A stretch of 64,000 nt of DNA from Candidatus Latescibacterota bacterium. Its GTDB lineage: Bacteria > Latescibacterota > UBA2968 > GCA-2709665. How positions within the stretch are numbered: the first letter of the stretch is position 1; each line of letters begins with the position of its first letter. Under the pieces are notes generated by a model. That model did not search any database, had not been told where the DNA came from, and saw only the letters and a list, made by a program, of their open reading frames with translations. Positions 29,832 through 38,722 of this stretch are shown piece after piece. The translations under genes were made by a program, and so were the position numbers. Where the stretch lies: assembly GCA_965116875.1 (NCBI GenBank), contig OZ220733.1:4224001-4288000 (forward strand), in the 5' to 3' direction.

Positions 29832-30875
29832 ATGACTGACCGGAGCGACGCTGCACACGTTCACCGGGATGCGCTGGTGATCGATTCGCACAACGATTCG
29901 ATCGTCAACCACATTCGCCGCGGGAATCTGGGGTTTTCCGGGCGTCCCCCAACCGACGGAGACCGCAGGAACGCCAGCGTGGCCGGATTGCGAGGGCTCC
30001 TGGACCGGCCGGCCCTCGAGGCCCCGGTGCAGATCGATTTTCCGAAAATGCGAGAGGGAGGCCTGGACGCCGCTTTCTTCGCCGTTGACGTCACACTTGC
30101 CTTGAAGAACCATCTGACGTACGCGCTGGATGCAATCGGGTATTTCGACTCGGAAATGGAGATGCACAGTGACGACGTCGTGTTGGCGAAGTCCCCGGTC
30201 GATATCATTCGCGCAAAGCAGGACGGCAAACTGGCCGTGATTCTGGCGATCGAGAACAGCGACGGAGTGGAGGGAAGCATAAATGTGCTTCGCATGCTGC
30301 ACAGGGTGGGCGTGCGTTCGATCGGACTGACGCACGATGTGAGCAGCCTTGCCGCGGATGGAAATGCCGAGGCGCGCAGCCGGGGCGGACTCACGCGGTT
30401 CGGCGTGCGGCTTGTGGAGGAGATGAACAGCCTGGGGATGCTGGTGGACGTTTCTCACATCAGCGAAACAGGCTTCTGGGACGTGATGGACGTTTCACAA
30501 AAACCGGTGATCGCTTCGCACAGCAACTGCAAGGCGCTCTGCGACCACCCGAGAAACCTGAGCAACGAGCAGATCAGAGCGCTGGCGAAGAACGGCGGGT
30601 CGATGGGCGTAACGTTCGTGCCCCGATTCGTGGATTCGACTGCGCCCACGTTCGCCCGTCTTCTCGACCACGTCGATCACATCGTGCAACTTGTGGGCGC
30701 GGACCATGCAGGCATCGGATCGGACTTCGACGGCGGGGGAACGCTGCTGGAGGATGCGACCTCGTTTCCGCGGATTACCGACGGATTGCTTGCCAGGGGA
30801 TATTCGGATGCCGACGTGAGAAAGATTCTCGGCGAGAACCACCTCAGGGTCTTTTCCGAGGCGACCGGGGATTGA
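29832..30875 (+). CDS. Membrane (renal-type) dipeptidase, peptidase M19
   Basis: IDSHND, VDVSH, ASHSN, HPRN, GIGSDFDG, KILGEN. Confidence 0.93.
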   Translation: MTDRSDAAHVHRDALVIDSHNDSIVNHIRRGNLGFSGRPPTDGDRRNASVAGLRGLLDRPALEAPVQIDFPKMREGGLDAAFFAVDVTLALKNHLTYALDAIGYFDSEMEMHSDDVVLAKSPVDIIRAKQDGKLAVILAIENSDGVEGSINVLRMLHRVGVRSIGLTHDVSSLAADGNAEARSRGGLTRFGVRLVEEMNSLGMLVDVSHISETGFWDVMDVSQKPVIASHSNCKALCDHPRNLSNEQIRALAKNGGSMGVTFVPRFVDSTAPTFARLLDHVDHIVQLVGADHAGIGSDFDGGGTLLEDATSFPRITDGLLARGYSDADVRKILGENHLRVFSEATGD

Positions 30876-30952
30876 ATCCGGCCTGCGGATTTCAATTGAC
30901 CGGATCGCGCGGCTATCCCGTGCCCAGGCGAGTCACTTCCGTTGAGTTCCGC

Positions 30953-31822
30953 CTATCCGACAGACGGGACCTCGATTTTCTTTTTCTCGTCGATTGATTT
31001 TTCCAGCGCTTCCAGCACGGCGACCGGTTTCAGCATGGACTCCCGGGTTTCATCCGTCTTGCCGGTCTTGAACATGTCACAAAAGGCCCTCGCGCCGCCC
31101 AGATAAGGATTCTCGTCGTAGCCGATGGTGCGGTCGACGCGTCCTTTTTCGCAGATGACCGACACGTGGAATGCGCTGTGCCCTTCCGTGAAGAGATTGA
31201 GGGTGGAAACGGCGCCGCTCGACGAGTAGAGCGTGCCGGTATGGTTCTTTCCGCCCAGATTGACCTGCGCGTGAGTAACGTCGTTATCGAGCAGTCGCAC
31301 GGCCATGTCCACCTGGTGGATTCCATAGAAGAAGACGCCGCCCCACTCGGATTCGACGTCGCAGGGCCCGGTTGTAACCACCGAGACAACCCGCCCCAGA
31401 TCGGCGATGTCTTCCTTGAGCCGGCTGAAGGACTCCTGTCTGGGTAACACCGAGAAGGAGCAGACGGGGACTCCGAGTTCCGACGCGCGATCCAGGAAGC
31501 GCCTGCCCTCCTCGACCCGGTAACAGAACGGCTTGTCCACGAATACCGGGATTCCGGCCTCGATCAGCGGCCAGACCGCCGGCAGGTGATATTTCGCATC
31601 GCGATGATCCACGCAGGCGGCGTCAACCTGACCGATCATATCTTCGGGGCGCTCGACGACATTCGGAATCTGTCCCCGGTCCTGGGCGTCTTCGGCGTAT
31701 TGGGCGGCTTCGCCCCATACGTGGGTGACGCGGCAGCCCGGTACTTTTTTGTCGATGTTCAGCGTTTTCGAAATGGCGACGGTGTGGCTGTTTTCCGCTC
31801 CCACGATTCCAATGTCAATCAT
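30953..31822 (-). CDS. Gfo/Idh/MocA family oxidoreductase
   Basis: IGIVGAENSH, FVDKP, FYGIH. Confidence 0.85.
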   Translation of the reverse strand: MIDIGIVGAENSHTVAISKTLNIDKKVPGCRVTHVWGEAAQYAEDAQDRGQIPNVVERPEDMIGQVDAACVDHRDAKYHLPAVWPLIEAGIPVFVDKPFCYRVEEGRRFLDRASELGVPVCSFSVLPRQESFSRLKEDIADLGRVVSVVTTGPCDVESEWGGVFFYGIHQVDMAVRLLDNDVTHAQVNLGGKNHTGTLYSSSGAVSTLNLFTEGHSAFHVSVICEKGRVDRTIGYDENPYLGGARAFCDMFKTGKTDETRESMLKPVAVLEALEKSIDEKKKIEVPSVG

Positions 31823-31855
31823 CCTGCTCCTCCTTGGCTGGGTTCACGTCTGCGG

Positions 31856-33055
31856 TCAGGGTCGGGCAGGCGAGCCGTCGGGCAGGCGGGCCTGGGTCCA
31901 GTCGATGATTTCATCCTGACAGGGATACTTCGAGGCGAGATCTTCGTTGATATCGATTCCGAGGCCGGGCCGGCTGTTGGGAACCATGTAACCGCGTTTG
32001 ACTTCGGGCGTTCCGGGGAAGATTTCGCGTACGCGTTCGTCAAACCGGCACCACTCCTGGATTCCGAAGTTGGGCGCCCAGAGGTCCAGGTGCAGATTGG
32101 CGGCGTGCCCGACCGGAGAAACGTCCCCCGGTCCGTGCCAGGCGGTGCGGATGCCGTACATGCCGGCGAATGCCGCCACGTTGCGGGCGGGCGTCAGGCC
32201 GCCCATCTGGCTGATGTGCATTCGGATAAAGTCGATCAGCCGGTCCTGGATCAGCGGCGTCCACTCCCGCGGATGGTTGAAGAGTTCCCCCATGGCGATC
32301 GGCGTGGCGCATTGCCGCCGGATATTGCGGAACCACTCCAGGTCTTCCGGCGCGAGCGGGTCCTCCAGAAAAAACAGCTTGAAGGGCTCCGCGTCTTTCG
32401 CGAACTGTACCGCGTCTATCGGTACGAGGCGTTCGTGAATGTCGTGGAGGAGCTCGACGTGCGGGGCCGTGTTTGAACGGACATGCCCGATCATGTCGAG
32501 GACCCCGCGCGCATATTCCCGCGGGTCGTAGTACGCCCCTTCCCGTGCTCCTTCCGGGGCGCGCAGCCTGGACGTCCGGCCTCCATACCCGCCCATCTGC
32601 ACGCGGATGTGCTGATAGCCCTGCTCCTGGTATTTCTGGACGTTGTCCAGGACTTCGTTCCTGTCTCCACCGTCGGCGTGCGCGTAGCAGGCCGCGGCTT
32701 CCCGGCATTTGCCGCCCAGGAGCTGGTAGACGGGCATCCCCGCTCGCTTGCCCTTGATATCCCACAGTGCGATATCGACCCCGGAAATCGCATTGTTGAG
32801 AACGGGGCCGTTACGCCAGTATCCATTGACCATGGACGTCTGCCAGATGTCTTCGATGCGGTCGACGTCGCGTCCGATGAGAAAGGGTTTCAGGTGGTCT
32901 TCGAGGGCGGTATGGACGGCGCGAAACCGCTGGGTGAACGTGGCGCAGCCGAGACCGTAGAGCCCCGGTTGGGACGTGACGATTTTGACCACGATCAGGC
33001 GCGATCCGGCGGGCTGGGTGAGGATGGTTCTGACGTCGCGTATGGTGATGGGCAA
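31856..33055 (-). CDS. Enolase-superfamily sugar-acid dehydratase (RspA/D-mannonate dehydratase-like)
   Basis: YWRNGP, DIALWDIKGK, LHDIHE, FLEDP, MGE, TAWHGPGD, GIQE. Confidence 0.9.
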   Translation of the reverse strand: MPITIRDVRTILTQPAGSRLIVVKIVTSQPGLYGLGCATFTQRFRAVHTALEDHLKPFLIGRDVDRIEDIWQTSMVNGYWRNGPVLNNAISGVDIALWDIKGKRAGMPVYQLLGGKCREAAACYAHADGGDRNEVLDNVQKYQEQGYQHIRVQMGGYGGRTSRLRAPEGAREGAYYDPREYARGVLDMIGHVRSNTAPHVELLHDIHERLVPIDAVQFAKDAEPFKLFFLEDPLAPEDLEWFRNIRRQCATPIAMGELFNHPREWTPLIQDRLIDFIRMHISQMGGLTPARNVAAFAGMYGIRTAWHGPGDVSPVGHAANLHLDLWAPNFGIQEWCRFDERVREIFPGTPEVKRGYMVPNSRPGLGIDINEDLASKYPCQDEIIDWTQARLPDGSPARP

Positions 33056-33123
33056 GGATCGACTCCGGGTGAATGGAGATGGATATGGACGCCCCGGGCT
33101 TCTTTAATAAAGTCCGTCCGGTG

Positions 33124-33141
33124 AAATGTCCAAGGACATTT
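33124..33141. promoter_or_regulatory. Perfect inverted repeat, candidate operator
   Basis: AAATGTCC-AA-GGACATTT upstream of the dehydratase gene. Confidence 0.4.
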
Positions 33142-33206
33142 TCGGGGGTTGCCCGCTGATCGAGCCGAACCGATGCCCGCACGGGCGCGTCGGCTTGTCC
33201 GGAGGT

Positions 33207-34511
33207 CTACAGCAGTCCTTCCTTTTGCAGAATGTCTCCCGCGATCGCGTAGGTCGTGCCGTGCATGCCGATGACGACGAGACCCAGCCCCTCCGCCAGG
33301 TATCCGCCGGGGTACATGTTCGGGATGGCGGCGCATTCATAGTTGTGCGGGTGCGTGGGTAATTGATGGACCTGGAAGCGGTAGTTGTCGTATTTCTCCA
33401 CAAGGGGAAGGGGCGGAAATCCATCGAAAAGGGAATAGTCCGCGATGCCGCCGATTTCGAGGAGGGCGTGATCGACTTCCAGCGTTTCGCAGTTGCCGTT
33501 GCGGCCAAGCGTGGCAATGCCTCCGGATTCGTGCTGCTCGAAACCCTGGACCCGGGTTTCGTAATGTGGTTTCAGGCGCGGGGACCGGCTCTCCATGATT
33601 TCGGCGATCCGCGCGTAATAGGGGAGGCCCCGTCGGCTGTCCGAAATGAGGCGCCAGTGACGGTCGAATGGTTGACGCATGACGTAGTGGACGTGCCTGC
33701 CCGCGTCGTGCAATTCGGTCGCCGCCCAGTCGGCGGAGCGGCCGCCGCCCACGACGAGGATGCGCTCTCCGGGATAGGTCCCCGGTTGATCGTAGCCTGA
33801 AGTGACGAACGGCAGGTGTTCGCCGGGCACGTTGAGTTTCCGGGGAATGCACCGCTGCCCCACCGCGTAGACCAGGTATTTACACGTGTAGCGTCGGGTG
33901 CTTTCCGTTCCGAGGACGCGGGACGTGAGCAGAAAGCCGGCGTCGTGGGGCTGGATACGGGTCACGCGCTCGTGTGTGCGGATATGGTCTTCGACGTCGA
34001 AAAGGCCCGGTACGGCGTGGTAATAGTCCAGGAGGTGTCGTTTCGAAATCAGGGCGTTGGCGTCCAGTTGCACCTGCCGTTCACGGCAGTGACGGCTGAG
34101 CGGATAGAAGGCGAATTCCATCCATTGCCCTGGAGACAGGGTGAGCATGTTTTCCGGGACATTGTTCCACACGCCGCCAACCTCTTCCTGCGTGATCAGC
34201 AACACGTCGACGGGTTCGCGCCGGCGGAATTCCAGAGCGATTTCACCCTCGCCGCGGAACTTCTGTCCCGGATGGTGCAGTATGCGAAACAGGTCCACGG
34301 GACGGATTCCGAGGTTCACCAGAGATCTGAAATCCAGGCCCAACAGCGTGCCGTTTTCGCTGCGAAGAAATCGATCGATCTGCCCGTATCGATTTCGGAA
34401 CAGGTCGCCGCCCCGGTAATAGGGGTGCCACCCGCCGAGTACCACGGCCAGCGGCAGACCCGCCGGGCCCCCGCCCACGATGACAACGGTATGGTGCTCG
34501 GGTTTACCCAT
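33207..34511 (-). CDS. FAD/NAD(P)-dependent oxidoreductase, OSGIN-like
   Basis: Two Rossmann motifs (IVGGGPAG, VVGGGRSA); GGVW..V..NMLTLSPGQWM segment. Confidence 0.8.
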   Translation of the reverse strand: MGKPEHHTVVIVGGGPAGLPLAVVLGGWHPYYRGGDLFRNRYGQIDRFLRSENGTLLGLDFRSLVNLGIRPVDLFRILHHPGQKFRGEGEIALEFRRREPVDVLLITQEEVGGVWNNVPENMLTLSPGQWMEFAFYPLSRHCRERQVQLDANALISKRHLLDYYHAVPGLFDVEDHIRTHERVTRIQPHDAGFLLTSRVLGTESTRRYTCKYLVYAVGQRCIPRKLNVPGEHLPFVTSGYDQPGTYPGERILVVGGGRSADWAATELHDAGRHVHYVMRQPFDRHWRLISDSRRGLPYYARIAEIMESRSPRLKPHYETRVQGFEQHESGGIATLGRNGNCETLEVDHALLEIGGIADYSLFDGFPPLPLVEKYDNYRFQVHQLPTHPHNYECAAIPNMYPGGYLAEGLGLVVIGMHGTTYAIAGDILQKEGLL

Positions 34512-34619
34512 GGAGTCCTGGTGAAACCGGTCGGAAGGCCTGCGCCCTGGGCACGGAATCCTCGAAATGGGGGCGGACAGATGCGCGGGTGGTCCGGCCG
34601 GGAACCAGGGGTGTAGACC

Positions 34620-34648
34620 TTGACTTCAACGGTTGAATGACGTATGAT
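34620..34648 (+). promoter_or_regulatory. sigma70-like promoter with embedded palindrome
   Basis: TTGACT, 17 bp, TATGAT; TTCAAC-G-GTTGAA at 34625-34637. Confidence 0.65.
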
Positions 34649-34733
34649 GGTGCTTTTGAAGGAGCGGCTACAAAGTAGATCTGATACCCTGGGGAGTCAA
34701 GCCGAATATCATTGACCGGAGGGTGAGAAGTCT

Positions 34734-36101
34734 ATGGCGGACGAAAACCAGCTGGACGTTGGGGAAATTCGGGCGCAGGACCGCGCGCACGTGTGGCATC
34801 CGATGATGCAGCATCGGACGCTGGAGCACCGGGACCTGATGGTGGTCCACAAGGGAAAGGGAACCACGGTCATGGACGCGGAGGGTCGTGAGTTCCTGGA
34901 TGCGTACGCGGGGCTCTGGAACGTCAACGTCGGATACGGCCGCAGGGAAATCGCGGAGGCCGTGTACGAACAGATGCTGCAGCTTTCGTACTATCCCCAT
35001 CTGCACGTAAATCTGCCCGCCACGAAGCTGGCTTCAAGGCTCGCCGATCTGCTCCCAGGGGACCTGAACCATCTCTTCTTCTCCAACAGCGGTTCCGAGG
35101 CGAACGAAACCGCTCTGAAAATCGCGAGGCAGTATGGCCGGCAGAAGTACCCGGGCCAGAACCGGTTCAAGGTGATTGCCAGATACCAGGGTTATCATGG
35201 GTTTACCTTCGGTGCGATGTCCGCGACGGGACAGGTTGCCAGAAGGGCCGGGTTCGAACCCCTGATGCCGGGTTTTCTGCACGTGAACCCGCCCTGGTCT
35301 TTTCGTTTCGGTTCGAAAGTGACCTATCCCGACGGCGGTGTGGCGTGTGCGAACCAGGTCGAAGAGGTCATTGTCCGGGAGGACCCGACAACGATTGCGG
35401 CGGTCATTGTCGAACCCATTATCGGCGGCGGCGGGGTGATCGTCCCGCCGGACGGGTATCTGCCGCGCCTTCGTGAAATCTGTGACCAATACGGCGTGCT
35501 TCTGATCCTCGACGAGGTGATCACCGGGTTCGGCCGGACTGGCAAGCTGTTTGCCGCCGAACACTGGGGCGTGGTTCCGGACATGATGACCATGGCAAAG
35601 GGCGTGTCCAGCGGATATCTGCCCCTCGGAGCGTGCGCGGTGACGCCGGAGGTGTTCGAGACCTTCATGGGCGAACCCGACGAGCACCGGGAATTTTCCT
35701 CGGTGTCCACCTATGGCGGACATCCGGCCTGCTGCACAGCGGCCCTGGCGAATCTGGACATTCTGACGTCCGAACGTCTTTGGGAGAATTCCGCGGAAAT
35801 CGGCGCTTACCTTCTGGATGCGTTGGAACGACTGGATTCTCCGTTCATCGGAGAAGTGCGGGGCAAGGGGCTGATGATCGCCGTAGAGCTTGCCGCGGAG
35901 AACGGAGATATGCTGGACCCGGAGCGGGTCGCGGCGGTGCAGGCCGGCATCCTTGAACAGGGCGTGATCGTGGGGCGAATGAGCCACGTGATGCACGGAC
36001 CCGAGAGTATTTTCTTCCTGGCGCCGCCTCTGATACTCACACGAGACGAAGCGGACCGAATCGTCTCGGCGTTCGATTTCGGACTAAAACGTATATGCTA
36101 A
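34734..36101 (+). CDS. Class III PLP-dependent aminotransferase
   Basis: LWNVNVGYGR, SGSEANE, YHG, DEVITGFGRTG, AKG. Confidence 0.93.
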   Translation: MADENQLDVGEIRAQDRAHVWHPMMQHRTLEHRDLMVVHKGKGTTVMDAEGREFLDAYAGLWNVNVGYGRREIAEAVYEQMLQLSYYPHLHVNLPATKLASRLADLLPGDLNHLFFSNSGSEANETALKIARQYGRQKYPGQNRFKVIARYQGYHGFTFGAMSATGQVARRAGFEPLMPGFLHVNPPWSFRFGSKVTYPDGGVACANQVEEVIVREDPTTIAAVIVEPIIGGGGVIVPPDGYLPRLREICDQYGVLLILDEVITGFGRTGKLFAAEHWGVVPDMMTMAKGVSSGYLPLGACAVTPEVFETFMGEPDEHREFSSVSTYGGHPACCTAALANLDILTSERLWENSAEIGAYLLDALERLDSPFIGEVRGKGLMIAVELAAENGDMLDPERVAAVQAGILEQGVIVGRMSHVMHGPESIFFLAPPLILTRDEADRIVSAFDFGLKRIC

Positions 36102-36102
36102 C

Positions 36103-36162
36103 GCGGCCGGCATCCTGATCTACCTGGGGCTGGCGACGTTGCTGCTGCAGACACTCTTGTAG
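36103..36162 (+). pseudogene. Possible 3' remnant of a deleted membrane-protein gene
   Basis: Startless frame AAGILIYLGLATLLLQTLL* with coding-like codons. Confidence 0.35.
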
Positions 36163-36169
36163 ACCGCAT

Positions 36170-37732
36170 ATGCAGGCCTGTTTTCGACACTATGCCGCCC
36201 TCAGGAAGGAGATGGACGCCTGGCTGGGGCAGAGCCGGCGTATGGACCCTCCGGGCAGACACGGCGGCGGCGAGGACGAAGCCAACTACGCTCTGGCGTG
36301 GTTCCCGCACTTTCTTGTGACGGGCAATCCGGCGGTCGCGGAGCACTTCGAGTATCTCCGGGATCAACTTGCGGGGTGGGTCCGGCGCGAATGCCTGCAC
36401 GGCTACGAGCCTGAGGCGGAGGCGCATCATGGCACCGAGCCGTTCCTCCTCTTTCTCCCGCGCTATCTGGGTCTGTTTCCGGATGACGGGGTCGCCGCGC
36501 AACTGCTTGCGGATGCGGCCGAACACATCGGAAACTGGGTGAAGGGGATTCCGGCGTGGTTCGACTGGGACCGGAACCGGTTCTTCGGATACCACATTGG
36601 TACGCGGACCGTCGGGCGGGACCCGGAGCACGCGGTGGAACTGGCGGAGCACTTCCGGTTCATCCACATCGCCCTTGCGGCTTACCGTGTGTTGAAGCAG
36701 GATCCGTACCTGGACTGGGCGTTGCGGTACGGCAGGCGTCGCGCGGAGATGATCGTGGCGGCGCAGGACGGGGAGTTGCCGGTGATGTGGGGGCCTGACG
36801 GACGGCCTCTGAGCGAATGCGAGTATACGGAATCGCAGCGTCGGATGAGCGCCGCAAGCCACCATTTGCCGGACGATCCGGCCAGGGGCGTGGAGGTGCT
36901 GCTGGCATCCGGCGCGGTCCATGCGCTGGGCGATCTGTTTCGGCTGTCCGGCGAGAAGGTCTTTCGCGACGCGGGATTCCGGATCGTCGAGCCGCTCGTG
37001 TCCATGCTTCACGACCCCTATTGCGATCCGGGCGCCGCTGCCGTTTCCTTCTACCGTTGCGCCTTTGGCGACGACACCCTGGATGGCCGCATCCTGGAAA
37101 TGGTGGGGCGGCTCCCGGAAGAGGAGCCTGGCGAACTCGTGCTGATGGCGCCCGAGATTCCAAGGATGGTCTTTCCCGGCGTCGGGAAGCGCGCGGATAT
37201 GCTGCATTGGGGCGTGCAGTCGGACGGTATGGACATCGTTGCGCCAACGCGCGAGCCGTGTACGGCCACGTTGACACTTGCCTTCCAGATGACCGGAGAC
37301 GAGTCGTTTGCATCGCGGGCACTGAAGCAGGCGGCGCGGAAGCTGAAGGTGGCGCGGCGCGTACTGAGAGGCGGAAGAGAGCACGCGGACATGGGCGGGG
37401 CGGTCTGCTCCGTGGCCGCCGGCCACGGTCGAAACTGGGGTACGGGAGCGGTAACCGGATGCTACGGTCCGCTGCTGATCGGCGCCAGGGAGCAACTTGG
37501 CGCGCTGGCGTCCGCGTTGGAATTCCGCCGTCCGGGAGGCGGGTCCGGTCTGCCGGAAGAGGTGGTTTCACTGGTCGTACCACCCATTCGATCCGCAGGA
37601 AACGTCCGGATCTTCAACGGCGGTGACGCGGACGTGGACGTCTGCTGGAGGCGGCCCGGGGACACGTGGCAGGAGGTCTCGCTCCCGCCCGGCGGTCAGG
37701 CGAAGACGGTGTTGAAGGAGGATGTGCGATGA
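36170..37732 (+). CDS. Hypothetical protein (possible alpha/alpha-barrel carbohydrate-active enzyme)
   Basis: 520-aa ORF with coding-like codon usage, overlapping next gene (ATGA); HHGTE and EHFR motifs. Confidence 0.7.
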   Translation: MQACFRHYAALRKEMDAWLGQSRRMDPPGRHGGGEDEANYALAWFPHFLVTGNPAVAEHFEYLRDQLAGWVRRECLHGYEPEAEAHHGTEPFLLFLPRYLGLFPDDGVAAQLLADAAEHIGNWVKGIPAWFDWDRNRFFGYHIGTRTVGRDPEHAVELAEHFRFIHIALAAYRVLKQDPYLDWALRYGRRRAEMIVAAQDGELPVMWGPDGRPLSECEYTESQRRMSAASHHLPDDPARGVEVLLASGAVHALGDLFRLSGEKVFRDAGFRIVEPLVSMLHDPYCDPGAAAVSFYRCAFGDDTLDGRILEMVGRLPEEEPGELVLMAPEIPRMVFPGVGKRADMLHWGVQSDGMDIVAPTREPCTATLTLAFQMTGDESFASRALKQAARKLKVARRVLRGGREHADMGGAVCSVAAGHGRNWGTGAVTGCYGPLLIGAREQLGALASALEFRRPGGGSGLPEEVVSLVVPPIRSAGNVRIFNGGDADVDVCWRRPGDTWQEVSLPPGGQAKTVLKEDVR

Positions 37733-38709
37733 GATACCGTACGCTTGGACAGACCGGATTGATGGTCTCGGAGATCGGCCTCGGCGCGTTTCCGATATCG
37801 GGGATGCAGCGGCAGGCCGACGGCTCCCGGTTCGGATGGACCGGGACCGGGGACGCGGAGTCGATCGCGCTGATACATCGCTGTGAGGACCTGGGCGTCA
37901 ATCTGATCGATTCCGCGGAAAGTTACGGCGACGGGCACAGTGAGGTTCTCACGGGCAAGGCGCTGAGGGGTCGGAGAGACAAATGGATCGTGGCCACGAA
38001 GGTGCAGCCGAACGCGGGCATCGATGCTGAAGCCAGGGATGCATCCGCGGTTCGGCGTCGAATTACAGAGGCGTGCGAGCTCAGCCTGAAGCGTCTGGCG
38101 ATGGACCACGTCGACCTCTATCAGTTGCACGCCGTTCCGTTCGAATGGGCGATGCCAACGGTAATGGACGCGCTGGCGGAGCTCAAACAGGCAGGCAAGA
38201 TACGGTGGTACGGGATTTCCACCAATGACCGGCAAGCGGTGGAAAAACTGCGTGCTTTCGGTCCTGTACACATGCTGCAGATCGGCTACAATCTGCTGGA
38301 ACGTTCAGCGGATGGATTTTTGCACTGGGCGAAGGCCGAGAATATCGGCACGCTGATTCGGGTGCCGCTGGCAAAGGGGCAGCTGACGGGCAAGTATTTC
38401 GGCGCGGAAGCGCGGACCATCCCCGAAAACGACGTGCGATACGAACGATTCAACACGCCCGAGACGGTCGATGGGCTGAAACGCCTGCCGCAACTGCTGT
38501 TCCTGCGGAACCGGACGCGGACCATGGCGCAGGCGGCGCTGCGTTTCGTTCTGGATCACCCGGGCGTGTCGTGCGTGATCGCCGGCGCAAAGAACCGCCG
38601 CCAGGTGGACGAGAACGCCGGCGCCGTTGAAATGCCACCGTTGACCGACGGCGAGCTCGAACGCGCGATCCCGATCGCCGATACCATCGGTACGCCAGGT
38701 TGGATTTAG
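37729..38709 (+). CDS. Aldo/keto reductase
   Basis: YRTLGQTGLMVSEIGLG, DSAESYG, DLYQLH, GKIRWYGIS. Confidence 0.93.
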   Translation: MRYRTLGQTGLMVSEIGLGAFPISGMQRQADGSRFGWTGTGDAESIALIHRCEDLGVNLIDSAESYGDGHSEVLTGKALRGRRDKWIVATKVQPNAGIDAEARDASAVRRRITEACELSLKRLAMDHVDLYQLHAVPFEWAMPTVMDALAELKQAGKIRWYGISTNDRQAVEKLRAFGPVHMLQIGYNLLERSADGFLHWAKAENIGTLIRVPLAKGQLTGKYFGAEARTIPENDVRYERFNTPETVDGLKRLPQLLFLRNRTRTMAQAALRFVLDHPGVSCVIAGAKNRRQVDENAGAVEMPPLTDGELERAIPIADTIGTPGWI

Positions 38710-38722
38710 CAGGAGGAAGTTG

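Noticed and set aside
34650-34733. Riboswitch in the aminotransferase leader
   Set aside because: Only short, scattered similarities to TPP motifs; no coherent aptamer
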